DNA of 38,908 nt, from the NCBI GenBank assembly GCA_043809315.1, contig JAZDDX010000036.1:1-38908 (forward strand). The letters are read 5' to 3'. The DNA is from Pseudomonadota bacterium (GTDB lineage: Bacteria > Bdellovibrionota_G > JALEGL01 > DATDPG01). The first letter of the stretch is position 1. Each line of letters opens with the position of its first letter. Of this stretch, positions 28,829-38,191 are shown piece after piece. The notes under the pieces were generated by a model that was given only the letters and a program-made list of their open reading frames with translations, searched no databases and was not told the origin of the DNA. A program made the position numbers and the translations under genes.

Positions 28829-31069
28829 ATGCCCCAAGAAGAGCGACGGACATCTCTCGACGATCTGTTCGGTTCCTGCCGGGACGCGATCTTCGAGGTC
28901 GACGCGGAGAATAATATCCGATGGTGCAATCGTGCCGCGGAACAGTTCCTCGGGTACGCCCCCGGTGAATTGATCGGAAAACCGGGACGGATCTTATTTG
29001 CGAACCCGAGCGACCACGACGGATTCGCGTTTTCGATCGGCCTGCACCTGATGGAGGGGCACTCGCTCGTTACCGAATTCGAGCACGTCCGCAAGGACGG
29101 AACCAAGTTCACGGCTGAGGTGCGGATCCTGCCTCTGTGCAAGCCCAATGGGCGGGTGGAGGGGTTCCTCGGGCTCCACACGCTGTCCATTCCCCGCCAA
29201 CCGACAGAAGAACTCCTCCTTCGGAGCCGGGAACAGCTCCAGATGATCGTGACCGGAGCCCCGTTGATCCTGTTCGCCTGCGACCGCAACGGCATGTTCA
29301 CGCTGACCGAGGGAAAGGGGCTCGAAGCGCTGGGCGTGAAACCGGGGGATGCGGTCGGTCAGTCGATTTTCCAGCGATACAAAGACGAACCGGAGGTGAT
29401 GGCGGCGGCCCACCGCGTGATCCGGGGCGAAACCTTCAGTCAAAAGATCCATTTTAAGGGGCTCACCTTCGACGCGTCGATCGTGCCGATCCGGGACAAC
29501 CAGGGGGAGTTGGATCGGGTCATCGGTGTCATGACCGACGTCACCGAGCGGGAGAAAGCGGAGATCGCGCTTCACGAGGCGGAGGAGCGGAACCGTCAGC
29601 TGATCGCCGAGCAGTTGCGCGCTTCGAACGAGCGGTATCACGCGCTTGCCGAGGCGGCCTCGGACGGGATCGCGGTGATCGATCCGACCGGCTCCATCCA
29701 ATACACGAACCCGGCCATGGACAATCTCTTCGGGTACGGTGCGGGCGGCCTCACCGACACCAACATCTTAAGGATCCTTCCGGGACTCGACCTTCATGCG
29801 CTGGCCCAGTCGTGGGCGGAAAGGGATGCACCGATCTCGAAATCGTCGACGAGGCCGGCCCAGCTCTCCGCCGTGCACCGGCTGGGGCGGGAGTTCGCCG
29901 TCGAGGTCAGCTTGAGCTCATACAAAGAAGAGAACCACCGGCAGTACGTCGCGATCATCCGGGACGTTACGGAACGGACGCGGAACGACGAACAGTTGGC
30001 CGACATGAACCGCTTTCTCGATTCGATCGTCGAGAACATTCCCGACATGATCTTCGTGAAAGACGCCGAGCGTTTGAGCTTCGTCCGCTTCAACCGGGCC
30101 GGGGAGGACCTCCTCGGATATTCCAGGGACCAACTGTTCGGGAAGAACGACTACGACTTTTTCCCGAAGGAGGAGGCCGATTTCTTCGTCCGGAAAGACC
30201 GGGAGGTTCTGAAATCGGGGAAGCTGCTCGACATCCCGGAGGAACCGATTCAGACGGCGAAACACGGCCTACGGGTTCTTCACACGAAAAAGATCCCGAT
30301 CGTTGGAGCGCGGGGGGAGCCGAGGTATCTCTTGGGGATCTCGGAGGACATCACGGAGCGGAAACAGCTCGAAGCGAAGTTGGTGGAGCACTCCCGGATG
30401 GCGGGGATCGGTCAAGTAGCGGCCGGGATCGCGCACGAGGTCCGGAACCCGCTCTTCGGCATCTCCACCGTTGCACAGATCCTGGCGAAGGCGGCGGCCC
30501 GCGACCCGGAGTTGAAAGAGCTGTCGCAGCGCATGCTCGCCGAGATCAACCGGGTAAAAAAGCTGGTGGAAGATCTCTTGTGGTTCGCGCGACCGCGGAA
30601 GATGGAGCGTCGGTCGTTCGCTCCGGAACGATTGTGGCGCGAGGTCGTCTCGATTCCTCAGACACTCACGATGGACAGGCGGATTCAGCTGAAAGAAGAG
30701 ATGTCCGCTTTGCGCCGAACGATCGAGGGGGATCCGGACCAGATCCGGCAGGTGTTGATCAACCTCTATCTGAACGCGCTTCAGTTCTCCCCGGTCGGCG
30801 GAACCATCCGGATCAGGAGCCGGTTCGAGGAGGGAGCGACGGCGAAATGGCTTTTTTCGATCGAGAACGACGGGCCTCCGGTCTCCGGCCGGGACCGGGA
30901 GAAGGTCTTCGAGCCGTTCTACTCCACGCGGAAAGACGGGGTGGGTTTGGGATTGGCGGTCTGCAAGAAGATCGTCGAAGAGCACGGCGGAACGATTCAG
31001 GTCGGAGCGGAAGGGTCGAAGCGGGCGGTGTTCGAACTCCGCCTCCCTCTTCAAGGCGGTTCAAGCTAG
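28829..31069 (+). CDS. Cytoplasmic multi-PAS sensor histidine kinase (NtrB-like)
   Basis: Four PAS/PAC units (DVTER/DITER ends), H-box IAHEVRNPL, N-box QVLINLYLNA, F-box FEPFYST, G2 GVGLGL; no TM segment. Confidence 0.95.
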   Translation: MPQEERRTSLDDLFGSCRDAIFEVDAENNIRWCNRAAEQFLGYAPGELIGKPGRILFANPSDHDGFAFSIGLHLMEGHSLVTEFEHVRKDGTKFTAEVRILPLCKPNGRVEGFLGLHTLSIPRQPTEELLLRSREQLQMIVTGAPLILFACDRNGMFTLTEGKGLEALGVKPGDAVGQSIFQRYKDEPEVMAAAHRVIRGETFSQKIHFKGLTFDASIVPIRDNQGELDRVIGVMTDVTEREKAEIALHEAEERNRQLIAEQLRASNERYHALAEAASDGIAVIDPTGSIQYTNPAMDNLFGYGAGGLTDTNILRILPGLDLHALAQSWAERDAPISKSSTRPAQLSAVHRLGREFAVEVSLSSYKEENHRQYVAIIRDVTERTRNDEQLADMNRFLDSIVENIPDMIFVKDAERLSFVRFNRAGEDLLGYSRDQLFGKNDYDFFPKEEADFFVRKDREVLKSGKLLDIPEEPIQTAKHGLRVLHTKKIPIVGARGEPRYLLGISEDITERKQLEAKLVEHSRMAGIGQVAAGIAHEVRNPLFGISTVAQILAKAAARDPELKELSQRMLAEINRVKKLVEDLLWFARPRKMERRSFAPERLWREVVSIPQTLTMDRRIQLKEEMSALRRTIEGDPDQIRQVLINLYLNALQFSPVGGTIRIRSRFEEGATAKWLFSIENDGPPVSGRDREKVFEPFYSTRKDGVGLGLAVCKKIVEEHGGTIQVGAEGSKRAVFELRLPLQGGSS

Positions 31070-31147
31070 GGGTGTTCCGGATTCCGGTCTCGCCAGACCG
31101 TAAACCGGGCTTGATCTTCCCCAGGGTCGTTCTTGGTGTATCTGGAC

Positions 31148-31164
31148 CTGGCACGTCTCCTGCT
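31148..31164 (+). promoter_or_regulatory. Putative sigma-54 promoter
   Basis: CTGGCACGTCTCCTGCT (TGGCACG, GG-N10-GC), followed by RBS GGAGG and ATG 31189. Confidence 0.65.
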
Positions 31165-31188
31165 CCCTGTCGGGCGGAGGAAAAACCA

Positions 31189-31398
31189 ATGGCCGAGATG
31201 AAATATGTCTACACGATCATCGAACGCGAGGGGCTGGAGAAGAGCCAGTGGATCAAGGTCGGGGTCGCCTTCGTGAACCGAGACCAGTCGCTCAACCTTC
31301 GCCTGGATGCCCTGCCGGTCAACGGCATGCTCCATGTCCGGGAGGCGCAAAAAGCGAAAAAAGGGGAAAAGGAAGCCGAAATCGCCGAAGCGGCCTGA
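31189..31398 (+). CDS. Small 69-aa beta-rich hypothetical protein (DUF736-like)
   Basis: RBS GGAGG; MAEMKYVYTIIER...W.KVGVAFVNRD.SLNL.LDALPVNG.L.VRE. It forms the C-terminus of track ORF 29812..31398. Confidence 0.85.
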   Translation: MAEMKYVYTIIEREGLEKSQWIKVGVAFVNRDQSLNLRLDALPVNGMLHVREAQKAKKGEKEAEIAEAA

Positions 31399-31401
31399 CC
31401 G

Positions 31402-31711
31402 TCAGCGGGGCAGTTTTGCCAGGATCCGGCTCGAGGTGATCCGCCACGCCCCGCGCTGTTTCTCGAGGAGAACCTCCACCTTCTGGGGGAAAAGGGGGTT
31501 CCCGAACACCAGCTCCTGCCGGGTTCAGGCGATCCCGGACCTTGATCCGGAGGAGAACCGTGGCAGATGGGCCGCTCCGCTCCAGCTTCTCGATCGAGTA
31601 GCGGATCCCCTCGAAGAGCTCTCGGATCGCCTCTTCGTCCCGGTCCCGGTGGCACCCACCGGGGAGAACCAGGAAGAGGAAAACACTCCAGGAAAGGAGG
31701 TTCCGAAACAC
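31402..31711 (-). pseudogene. Frameshifted NTF2/SnoaL-like lipoprotein
   Basis: Signal plus lipobox PGGC, then DEEAIRELF; after about 31525 a different frame gives TRQELVFGNPLFPQKVEVLLEKQRGAWRITSSRILAKLPR*. Confidence 0.6.
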
Positions 31712-31776
31712 AGCCGGATCGTATCAGAGTCTAGACCGTGATACATGAGCAGAGAACTGCCTAGAAAGGAACACAG

Positions 31777-33276
31777 ATGGCACCAGCGACCTCGGATATC
31801 GGATTGGTCGGCCTCGCGGTAATGGGACAGAACCTGGCCCTCAACATCGCCGACCACGGATTCAAAGTCTCGGTCTTCAACCGGACGACGAGCAAGACGG
31901 AGGCGTTCGTTTCGGAGAACCCGAGGACGCCGGGCGGTCTTGTTTGCACGAAGACCTTGGAAGAGCTGGCCGCTTCTCTCAAGCGCCCGCGCAAGGTGAT
32001 CATCATGGTCCAGGCGGGAAAATCGACGGATTCGGTCATCGACAACCTCCTCGGGGTTCTGGAGAAAGGGGACATCATCATCGACGGCGGGAACTCGCTC
32101 TGGACCGACACCGTCCGCCGTGAAAAAGACCTCAAGGCGAAAGGGTTCCGGTTCATCGGTTCCGGTGTCTCCGGCGGCGAAGTCGGGGCGCGCTTCGGCC
32201 CTTCCCTCATGCCGGGAGGGGAGAAGAGCTCCTGGGAGGATCTCGCTCCGGTCTGGAACGCGATCTCGGCCAAGGTCGATCCGAGGAGCGGAAAACCGAT
32301 TGAAGGGGGGACGCCCGGAAAGCCGATCCAGGGCGGTGTCCCGTGCGCGGCCTACATCGGTCCGAACGGGGCCGGACATTACGTCAAGATGGTCCACAAT
32401 GGGATCGAGTACGGCGACATGCAGCTGATCTGCGAGGCGTACAACATCCTTCGCCACGGTGCGGGGTTGAGCGTCGAGCAGATGCGGGAAGTCTTCACAG
32501 AGTGGAACCAAGGGGATCTCGATTCCTATTTGATCCAGATCACCGCGGCGATTCTGGGGGTCAAAGATCCGGTGACAGGGAACCCGATCGTCGACGTCAT
32601 CGTCGACCGCGCCGGGCAGAAGGGGACGGGGAAGTGGACGATCATGTCCGCTCTCGACATGGGGATCTCGACCTCGACGATCTCCGAAGCGGTCTTCGCC
32701 CGCTGTCTCTCCGCGATCAAGGAGGAACGGGTCGAGGCTTCCAAAGCGATCCGCGGTCCGATGGGGAAGTTCGACGGCGACCCGAAGGAGATCGTCGGGG
32801 CGGTCCGCGATTCGCTCTATGCCTCGAAGGTTTGCTCGTACGCGCAGGGGTTTGCGTTGTTGCGATCCGCTTCGCAGGAACAGAACTGGAACCTGAATTT
32901 CGGCGAGATCGCGATGATCTGGCGGGGTGGGTGCATCATCCGAGCCCGCTTCCTGCAGCGGATCAAAGACGCGTTCGATCGGAATCCCGCGCTTCCGAAC
33001 CTGCTCCTCGACCCGTATTTCAAGGGGATCATCGAGAAGACGCAGGATCAGTGGCGGAGCGTGGTCTCGAAGGCGGTCCTGTCGGGGATCCCGGTCCCGG
33101 CGTTCGGCGCCTCGCTCGCGTACTTCGACAGCTTCCGGAGCGAGCGGTTGCCGGCGAACCTTCTCCAGGCCCAGCGCGATTACTTCGGGGCCCACACGTA
33201 CGAACGGACCGATCAGCCGAGAGGGAAGTTCTTCCACTACGACTGGTCGGGGGATCACCAACAGCACGACGCTTGA
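31777..33276 (+). CDS. gnd: 6-phosphogluconate dehydrogenase, NADP-dependent, decarboxylating
   Basis: [62 protein letters not shown]. Confidence 0.98.
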   Translation: MAPATSDIGLVGLAVMGQNLALNIADHGFKVSVFNRTTSKTEAFVSENPRTPGGLVCTKTLEELAASLKRPRKVIIMVQAGKSTDSVIDNLLGVLEKGDIIIDGGNSLWTDTVRREKDLKAKGFRFIGSGVSGGEVGARFGPSLMPGGEKSSWEDLAPVWNAISAKVDPRSGKPIEGGTPGKPIQGGVPCAAYIGPNGAGHYVKMVHNGIEYGDMQLICEAYNILRHGAGLSVEQMREVFTEWNQGDLDSYLIQITAAILGVKDPVTGNPIVDVIVDRAGQKGTGKWTIMSALDMGISTSTISEAVFARCLSAIKEERVEASKAIRGPMGKFDGDPKEIVGAVRDSLYASKVCSYAQGFALLRSASQEQNWNLNFGEIAMIWRGGCIIRARFLQRIKDAFDRNPALPNLLLDPYFKGIIEKTQDQWRSVVSKAVLSGIPVPAFGASLAYFDSFRSERLPANLLQAQRDYFGAHTYERTDQPRGKFFHYDWSGDHQQHDA

Positions 33277-33293
33277 GGAAAGGAACGATAGAC

Positions 33294-34784
33294 GTGCCGT
33301 TCGATCGCACCCGATTCCTTCGGGCTCTCCATTCCGCAGTCTGCGGCGATGTCCTGGACTCGGACGCAGATCGCGCCCGTTTCTCCGTCGATGAATCGAT
33401 CTTCACGCTCCTTCCAGAAGTGGTGGTGGCGCCGAAGGATGAAGCCGATGTCCGAGCGGTTGTTTCGGTGGCGCGCGAGTTCGGGGTTCCGATCACGTCG
33501 CGCGCGGGGGGAAGCGGTGTGGCGGCGCAGTCGATCGGGACCGGCATCATCCTCGACTTCAAGCCGCACTTCGGGAAGATTCTGCAGATCTCCTCCGATT
33601 CGGTGACGGTCGAGCCGGGGGTGATCCTTCTCGATCTGAACCGAGAGCTGGCGAAGGTCGGTCGGCGTTTCGTCCCCGATCCGAGCAGCAAGGATGTCTG
33701 CGCCATCGGTGGAATGGTCGCGACGAACGCCTCCGGTCCTCATTCCTATACCTACGGGACGACCCGTGAGCACGTGCGGGAGTTGTGGCTCGTCTTATCC
33801 GACGGGGAGGCGACGATCAGTTCGGCGCTGGCGAAGAAATACCCGACGCTTCATGCGGAGATCGGGCAACGAAGAGCGCTGATCGAGAAGGTGACGCCGA
33901 AGGTTCGGAAAAACTCGAGCGGGTACGAGCTGAAGGAACTCCTGAAAGATCCTCCCGACTACACGCGCTTCCTCGTCGGATCGGAAGGGACACTTGCCCT
34001 GACGACGAAGATCGAGCTGAGAACCATCCCTCTTCCGGAGGTGGTTACCCTCGCTCTTCTCCCATTTACATCACTCCAAGATGCTCTCGATGCGGTACCG
34101 GAGGTTACGGAACTCGAACCGGTCGCGATCGAACTGGTTGACTCCTACATCCTCTGGGCGATGAAAACGGCGGATCCCACGATGGCGGTTGATTTCGGGC
34201 TGGAGAGGGCGGAGGCCTGTCTTTTCGTCGAATGGGAATCGAAACCTCCTCGGATCGGAAGCTCAGCCCGGATTTTCGAGGATGTCACCCGTCAAACGCG
34301 CCTTTGGGAACTCCGGTCGAAGGGTTCCAAGCTTCTTCACGAGCAAGCGGAGGTGTGCAAACGGAAGCCGCTCCGCTGTATCGAGGACAGTATCGTCCCG
34401 GTCCGACGCCTCTCGGCGTTCGTCCTGGAGCTCAAGGAAATTCTCCGAACGCATGATTGTGACGGGGCGGTCTTCGGTCACGCCGGAGACGGGCACGTCC
34501 ACGTGAACCCGAAGATCGACATCTCGGCCCCTCGTCTGAAAGAAAGGTTGAGGCGGTTGATGGAGGAAGTTTACTCCCTTGTCCTGCGGATGGGAGGTTC
34601 GATCTCGGGAGAGCACGGGGACGGGATGTTGCGTGCGCGGTACGCCGGCCGCCAGTGGGGCGAGCTTCTGCCGCTCTTCCAACAGGTCAAGGATACGTTC
34701 GATTCGGGGAACCTATTCAATCCGGGCAAGAAAATAACCAAGCAAGGAGCCGAGTGGCCTCCGTTTCGTACGTTCTTTTCCTGA
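33294..34784 (+). CDS. FAD-linked oxidoreductase (GlcD / D-2-hydroxyacid dehydrogenase-like)
   Basis: GTG start after AGGA; RAGGSG..Q, PDPSS...IGGMVATNASG, GSEGTL, GHAGDGHVH, GEHGDG, FNPGK. Confidence 0.92.
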   Translation: MPFDRTRFLRALHSAVCGDVLDSDADRARFSVDESIFTLLPEVVVAPKDEADVRAVVSVAREFGVPITSRAGGSGVAAQSIGTGIILDFKPHFGKILQISSDSVTVEPGVILLDLNRELAKVGRRFVPDPSSKDVCAIGGMVATNASGPHSYTYGTTREHVRELWLVLSDGEATISSALAKKYPTLHAEIGQRRALIEKVTPKVRKNSSGYELKELLKDPPDYTRFLVGSEGTLALTTKIELRTIPLPEVVTLALLPFTSLQDALDAVPEVTELEPVAIELVDSYILWAMKTADPTMAVDFGLERAEACLFVEWESKPPRIGSSARIFEDVTRQTRLWELRSKGSKLLHEQAEVCKRKPLRCIEDSIVPVRRLSAFVLELKEILRTHDCDGAVFGHAGDGHVHVNPKIDISAPRLKERLRRLMEEVYSLVLRMGGSISGEHGDGMLRARYAGRQWGELLPLFQQVKDTFDSGNLFNPGKKITKQGAEWPPFRTFFS

Positions 34785-34813
34785 GGGATGAATCGGGTTA
34801 AACTCATCGTCAC

Positions 34814-35401
34814 ATAAAAGATCGATTTTTCCCCTCCCGAAGACCCGGGTTCACGTTGATCGAGTTGATGATCGTCGTCGCGATCATCGGAATTCTGGCT
34901 GCGGTCGCGGTTCCTTCGTTCGCCCGGTATGTGAGAAGATCCAAAACGACCGAAGCGCTCAACAACCACCGGAAGATCTATGACGGAGAGGTCGTTCATT
35001 TCAACGCGGAACTGACGGCTTCCGACGGATCGCTGTTGGCCAAACAGTTCGTCTACTGCGTTCCTCAGCCGCCGATCAGGCCTGGAAAGGACAAAAAGGA
35101 GGGGAACTGGGATAGCCGCGGTTGGCCGCAGATCAAGTTCGCCGCCGATGGTCCCGTTCTGTACGTCTACGTGGTGGACGTCATGCCGGATCCCGTTCCA
35201 GCTCAACTTTCGCTTCCATCTTGGCTCCCTCCTCCCGGGGTGTTCGCAGGCCCTGGCTCCTTGGCATTTGCCGCCCGAGCGGTCGGAGATCAAGACAACG
35301 ACGGCAAGGTGTCCGAGTTTATGCGAGTCGTGAAGGTTGATCCCACGACGTTGGAGGTCGATGGAAGGGCCGGGATCTCGATGCTGGATCCCGACAAATA
35401 G
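34814..35401 (+). CDS. Type IV pilin-like protein (start codon non-canonical or lost)
   Basis: [23 protein letters not shown] prepilin motif, RSKTTEA, C-terminal A.GD.D.DG. No ATG/GTG/TTG in frame between TAA 34799 and the cleavage Gly; ATA 34814 taken as tentative start. Confidence 0.8.
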   Translation: MKDRFFPSRRPGFTLIELMIVVAIIGILAAVAVPSFARYVRRSKTTEALNNHRKIYDGEVVHFNAELTASDGSLLAKQFVYCVPQPPIRPGKDKKEGNWDSRGWPQIKFAADGPVLYVYVVDVMPDPVPAQLSLPSWLPPPGVFAGPGSLAFAARAVGDQDNDGKVSEFMRVVKVDPTTLEVDGRAGISMLDPDK

Positions 35402-35426
35402 ACTGGTTCCGATCATCGCTGGTCAG

Positions 35427-35546
35427 CGAATTTGCTCGCGCACAACGATTCTGGCGGATTCTGCTTACTTAAAGATCCTGGATCGGTTGGCAGCCAAGGG
35501 GCTCGATCCCAGGAAACTTGTTCAGCCGGGGCCGCAACTTTTGTAG
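35427..35546 (+). pseudogene. Possible C-terminal remnant of a Blc-like lipocalin
   Basis: RICSRTTILADSAYLKILDRLAAKGLDPRKLVQP resembles the lipocalin end WILSRTP.L....Y.......A...G.D..KL; no start codon or N-terminal part. Confidence 0.45.
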
Positions 35547-35687
35547 TCAGTTTTTGAGCGGCGTCTGCCTTGCCTTAACTCGCCGCGTCTCGAAAACCGA
35601 TCCGAATTCCAGCATAATGCTTTGTGGGTTTTTTCTGGGGGGCGCCGCCCCGAACGTTTTCACACACTACTTAAGAAGGATGGATCA

Positions 35688-37004
35688 ATGACGACGAAAC
35701 GTTTTTTTGCCTCGGCCGCTTGTCTGCTTCTGGGACTTACCGCCCTTGGATGTAGCAGCAGTAGTTCCGCGCCGGCGTTGAACGGTGTCGGCGATGTGCC
35801 GAACCTCGATGCCTCTAGCTATGATTACAGCCTGCACAACGCCGTCGAGGGGTTGGCCAAACTGTCGCCGGCTGCCTTGACCGCTCAACCCAGGGTCACC
35901 CAGAGTACCTTCTCACGCGCGGCTTGCGAGGGGTACACGCTGAAAAAACGGGTGTTCGAGGACAGTCGGCAGATCGAAAGCTTCCGCTGTTACATAAAAT
36001 CGCTGGAGCAAGCGAACCTCGGGATGACGGTTCCGACGGGTTCGTGGGGCTACTACGAAATCATTTTTCCGGAGCGGAGCGGGGAGAACGGGCCGCCAAA
36101 GAACGTTCGGGTCCGGGTCGGGAAGATCGACGGGGAGCTCAAGATGGATGCCTGTACAGCGCCCGATGGCGTGACGTATGCGCGTGAAGTCGAGATGCGC
36201 TTCTCACCGACCGAAACGGGATATGCCGGCCATGCGATCAATGCGTCGAACTGGACCGACATGGACGGAAACGCCGTGACCGGAAATTCCAAGATCGAAG
36301 TGACGATTGACGGAACGAGCGTCGACAGCTTCAAGTCGGCGACGTTCAGCTCCTTCCACCGAGATCAACAGACGGCGAAACCTGAACTTGGCTGGCAATC
36401 GAAATCGAGCTTTGCCGCGGATGGAACGGAGAAGAGCAACACCCTCTCGGGGGTTCAGTCGGGCAGTACCGCGCAGTTCGGGTCGAACACATCGAAGCTG
36501 TTCGGCGAATGGGGGACCGACCTGATCGGATCGGTTCAATTCTCCGTTACGGGGGAATACACGCCGCCGGACCTTGCTCAGTGCAGGACCTGGGCGCCGT
36601 CAACGGTCACGGATCAGCAGTTGATTGATAATTGTGTGGGCCAGTGTCACGACAAGACCGGCACTTCTGTTGCGTTGACAGCCAACGGCAAATGCCCCTT
36701 CGGGAACGAGGGGACCGAATCGTTCGGCATCACGAACAACTCGTCTGGTCCCCCGACGTTCGCGAAGGTCGATGACAGTACGAGTCCCTATTTCGCCGCG
36801 GTCTCGGCTGCGACTCTGCCGACGCTGGATGATATTGCGAGCCAGGTGGAGTTCGGGGAGACCTGGGATTGCAGTGCGGAGGGGAGTTTCCAGGCGATCG
36901 ATGCGACGGGTCTCACCACCATCGCGTCGACCTGCGAAGGGCGGCGCGACAACGACATCTGGAGGATGTGCGAGGAGCAGCAGCAGGCTGCTAACCAGAA
37001 CTAG
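35688..37004 (+). CDS. Hypothetical Cys-rich lipoprotein
   Basis: RBS AAGGA; signal ending ALGC-SSSSS; 10 further Cys. Confidence 0.8.
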   Translation: MTTKRFFASAACLLLGLTALGCSSSSSAPALNGVGDVPNLDASSYDYSLHNAVEGLAKLSPAALTAQPRVTQSTFSRAACEGYTLKKRVFEDSRQIESFRCYIKSLEQANLGMTVPTGSWGYYEIIFPERSGENGPPKNVRVRVGKIDGELKMDACTAPDGVTYAREVEMRFSPTETGYAGHAINASNWTDMDGNAVTGNSKIEVTIDGTSVDSFKSATFSSFHRDQQTAKPELGWQSKSSFAADGTEKSNTLSGVQSGSTAQFGSNTSKLFGEWGTDLIGSVQFSVTGEYTPPDLAQCRTWAPSTVTDQQLIDNCVGQCHDKTGTSVALTANGKCPFGNEGTESFGITNNSSGPPTFAKVDDSTSPYFAAVSAATLPTLDDIASQVEFGETWDCSAEGSFQAIDATGLTTIASTCEGRRDNDIWRMCEEQQQAANQN

Positions 37005-38191
37005 ACCGCTTGGCCGGCGGCCGAGCCGGAAGACCAGGCCCATTGGAAGTTGAAGCCGCCAAGTTGGCCGGTAACATCGACGACTTCGCCTATGAAAAAG
37101 AGGCCGGGGGTCTTCCTCGATTCCATCGTTTTCGAGGAAAGCTCCCGCGTGTCGACACCACCGCGGGTGACCTCGGCTTTCCCGTACCCGACCGTCGTTT
37201 CAGGGACGAACGACCACTCCCGAAGAGATCGGCAAATCCGTTCGATCGCGGGATTCGATAGGCGTAGAAGGGGGCCGGCGATCTTCCGACTGGCGCAGAA
37301 CGCCTCGGCGAAGCGCTTCGGTACGAACTGCGCCAGGAGGTTGCGCACTTCCGATCGGTTTCCGCTTTCCTTTGCCTCAAGCAACCACTTCGAAAGATCC
37401 CGGTCCGTGGAACCAGGAACGAAATCAATCGTCACATGCAACCCGGGGCTCCAATAAAGTGAGGCCTGTAGAGCTCCTGGGCCGCTTAGACCTGAGTGAG
37501 TGAAAAGAATCGGCTCTCGAAACGTCCGCCCGTCACAAGAAACCGCCGCGTCGATCGATAGACCGGCCAGATCGCCGAAAAACTTCCGCTCGTTCGGGCC
37601 GAATAAAAACCCGTCGAGAGCCGGAGCGGTCGGCGTGACGGCATGGCCGAATTGTCGGGCAAGCTGGTACCCGAAATCGGTTGCGCCGCTCTTGGGGATC
37701 GATAGTCCGCCGGTTGCGACGACGAGCGATTCGCTTTCGAAATCTCCCCGGCTCGTTCGAACGAGAAAACGGTCTTTCTTCGAGACTGAGCGGATCTTCG
37801 TGCCCGGTTGGATCGTGACTCCGGCCGAAGCACATTCGGAGGTCAACATCTGGACGATGGCACGAGCCGGTCCGTCGCAAAAGAGCTGGCCGTCCTTTTT
37901 CTCGTGGTACTGGATCCGGTGTCGTTCGACGAGTGTCACGAAGTCAGCGGGGGTGAAGCGTGCGAGCGCCGATCGCACGAACGGCGGGTTGTTCGAAACA
38001 TAATGGTCCGGGGACACATGGAGGTTCGTGAAATTGCAGCGTCCTCCTCCGGAGATGAGGATCTTACGTCCGATCTTCTCGGAGTGATCGAGGACAATTG
38101 TGCGCCGGCCTCTCTTTCCGGCTTCGATCGCACAGATCATCCCGGCCGCCCCCGCTCCGAGGATCAGAACGTCATAGGTTTGGATGACCAT
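37001..38191 (-). CDS. HI0933/YhiN (BaiN)-family NAD(P)/FAD-dependent oxidoreductase
   Basis: GAGAAG, GRKILISGGGRCNFTN, ATGGLSIP..GA, FTHSGLSGP, VTRGGV, GEVVDVTGQLGGFNFQWAWSSG. Confidence 0.95.
   Translation of the reverse strand: MVIQTYDVLILGAGAAGMICAIEAGKRGRRTIVLDHSEKIGRKILISGGGRCNFTNLHVSPDHYVSNNPPFVRSALARFTPADFVTLVERHRIQYHEKKDGQLFCDGPARAIVQMLTSECASAGVTIQPGTKIRSVSKKDRFLVRTSRGDFESESLVVATGGLSIPKSGATDFGYQLARQFGHAVTPTAPALDGFLFGPNERKFFGDLAGLSIDAAVSCDGRTFREPILFTHSGLSGPGALQASLYWSPGLHVTIDFVPGSTDRDLSKWLLEAKESGNRSEVRNLLAQFVPKRFAEAFCASRKIAGPLLRLSNPAIERICRSLREWSFVPETTVGYGKAEVTRGGVDTRELSSKTMESRKTPGLFFIGEVVDVTGQLGGFNFQWAWSSGSAAGQAV

Noticed and set aside
29812..31188. 528-aa ORF overlapping the histidine kinase
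   Set aside because: Arg/Gly-rich off-frame shadow; only the last 69 codons have an RBS and look like a real protein.
32343..33293. N-terminal extension making an 813-aa FAD oxidoreductase
   Set aside because: Overlaps gnd out of frame; GTG 33294 has an RBS and matches the domain start.
35558..35574. Possible sigma-54 site GCGGCGTCTGCCTTGCC upstream of 35688
   Set aside because: Has GG-N10-GC but lacks the CAC core; too weak in GC-rich DNA.
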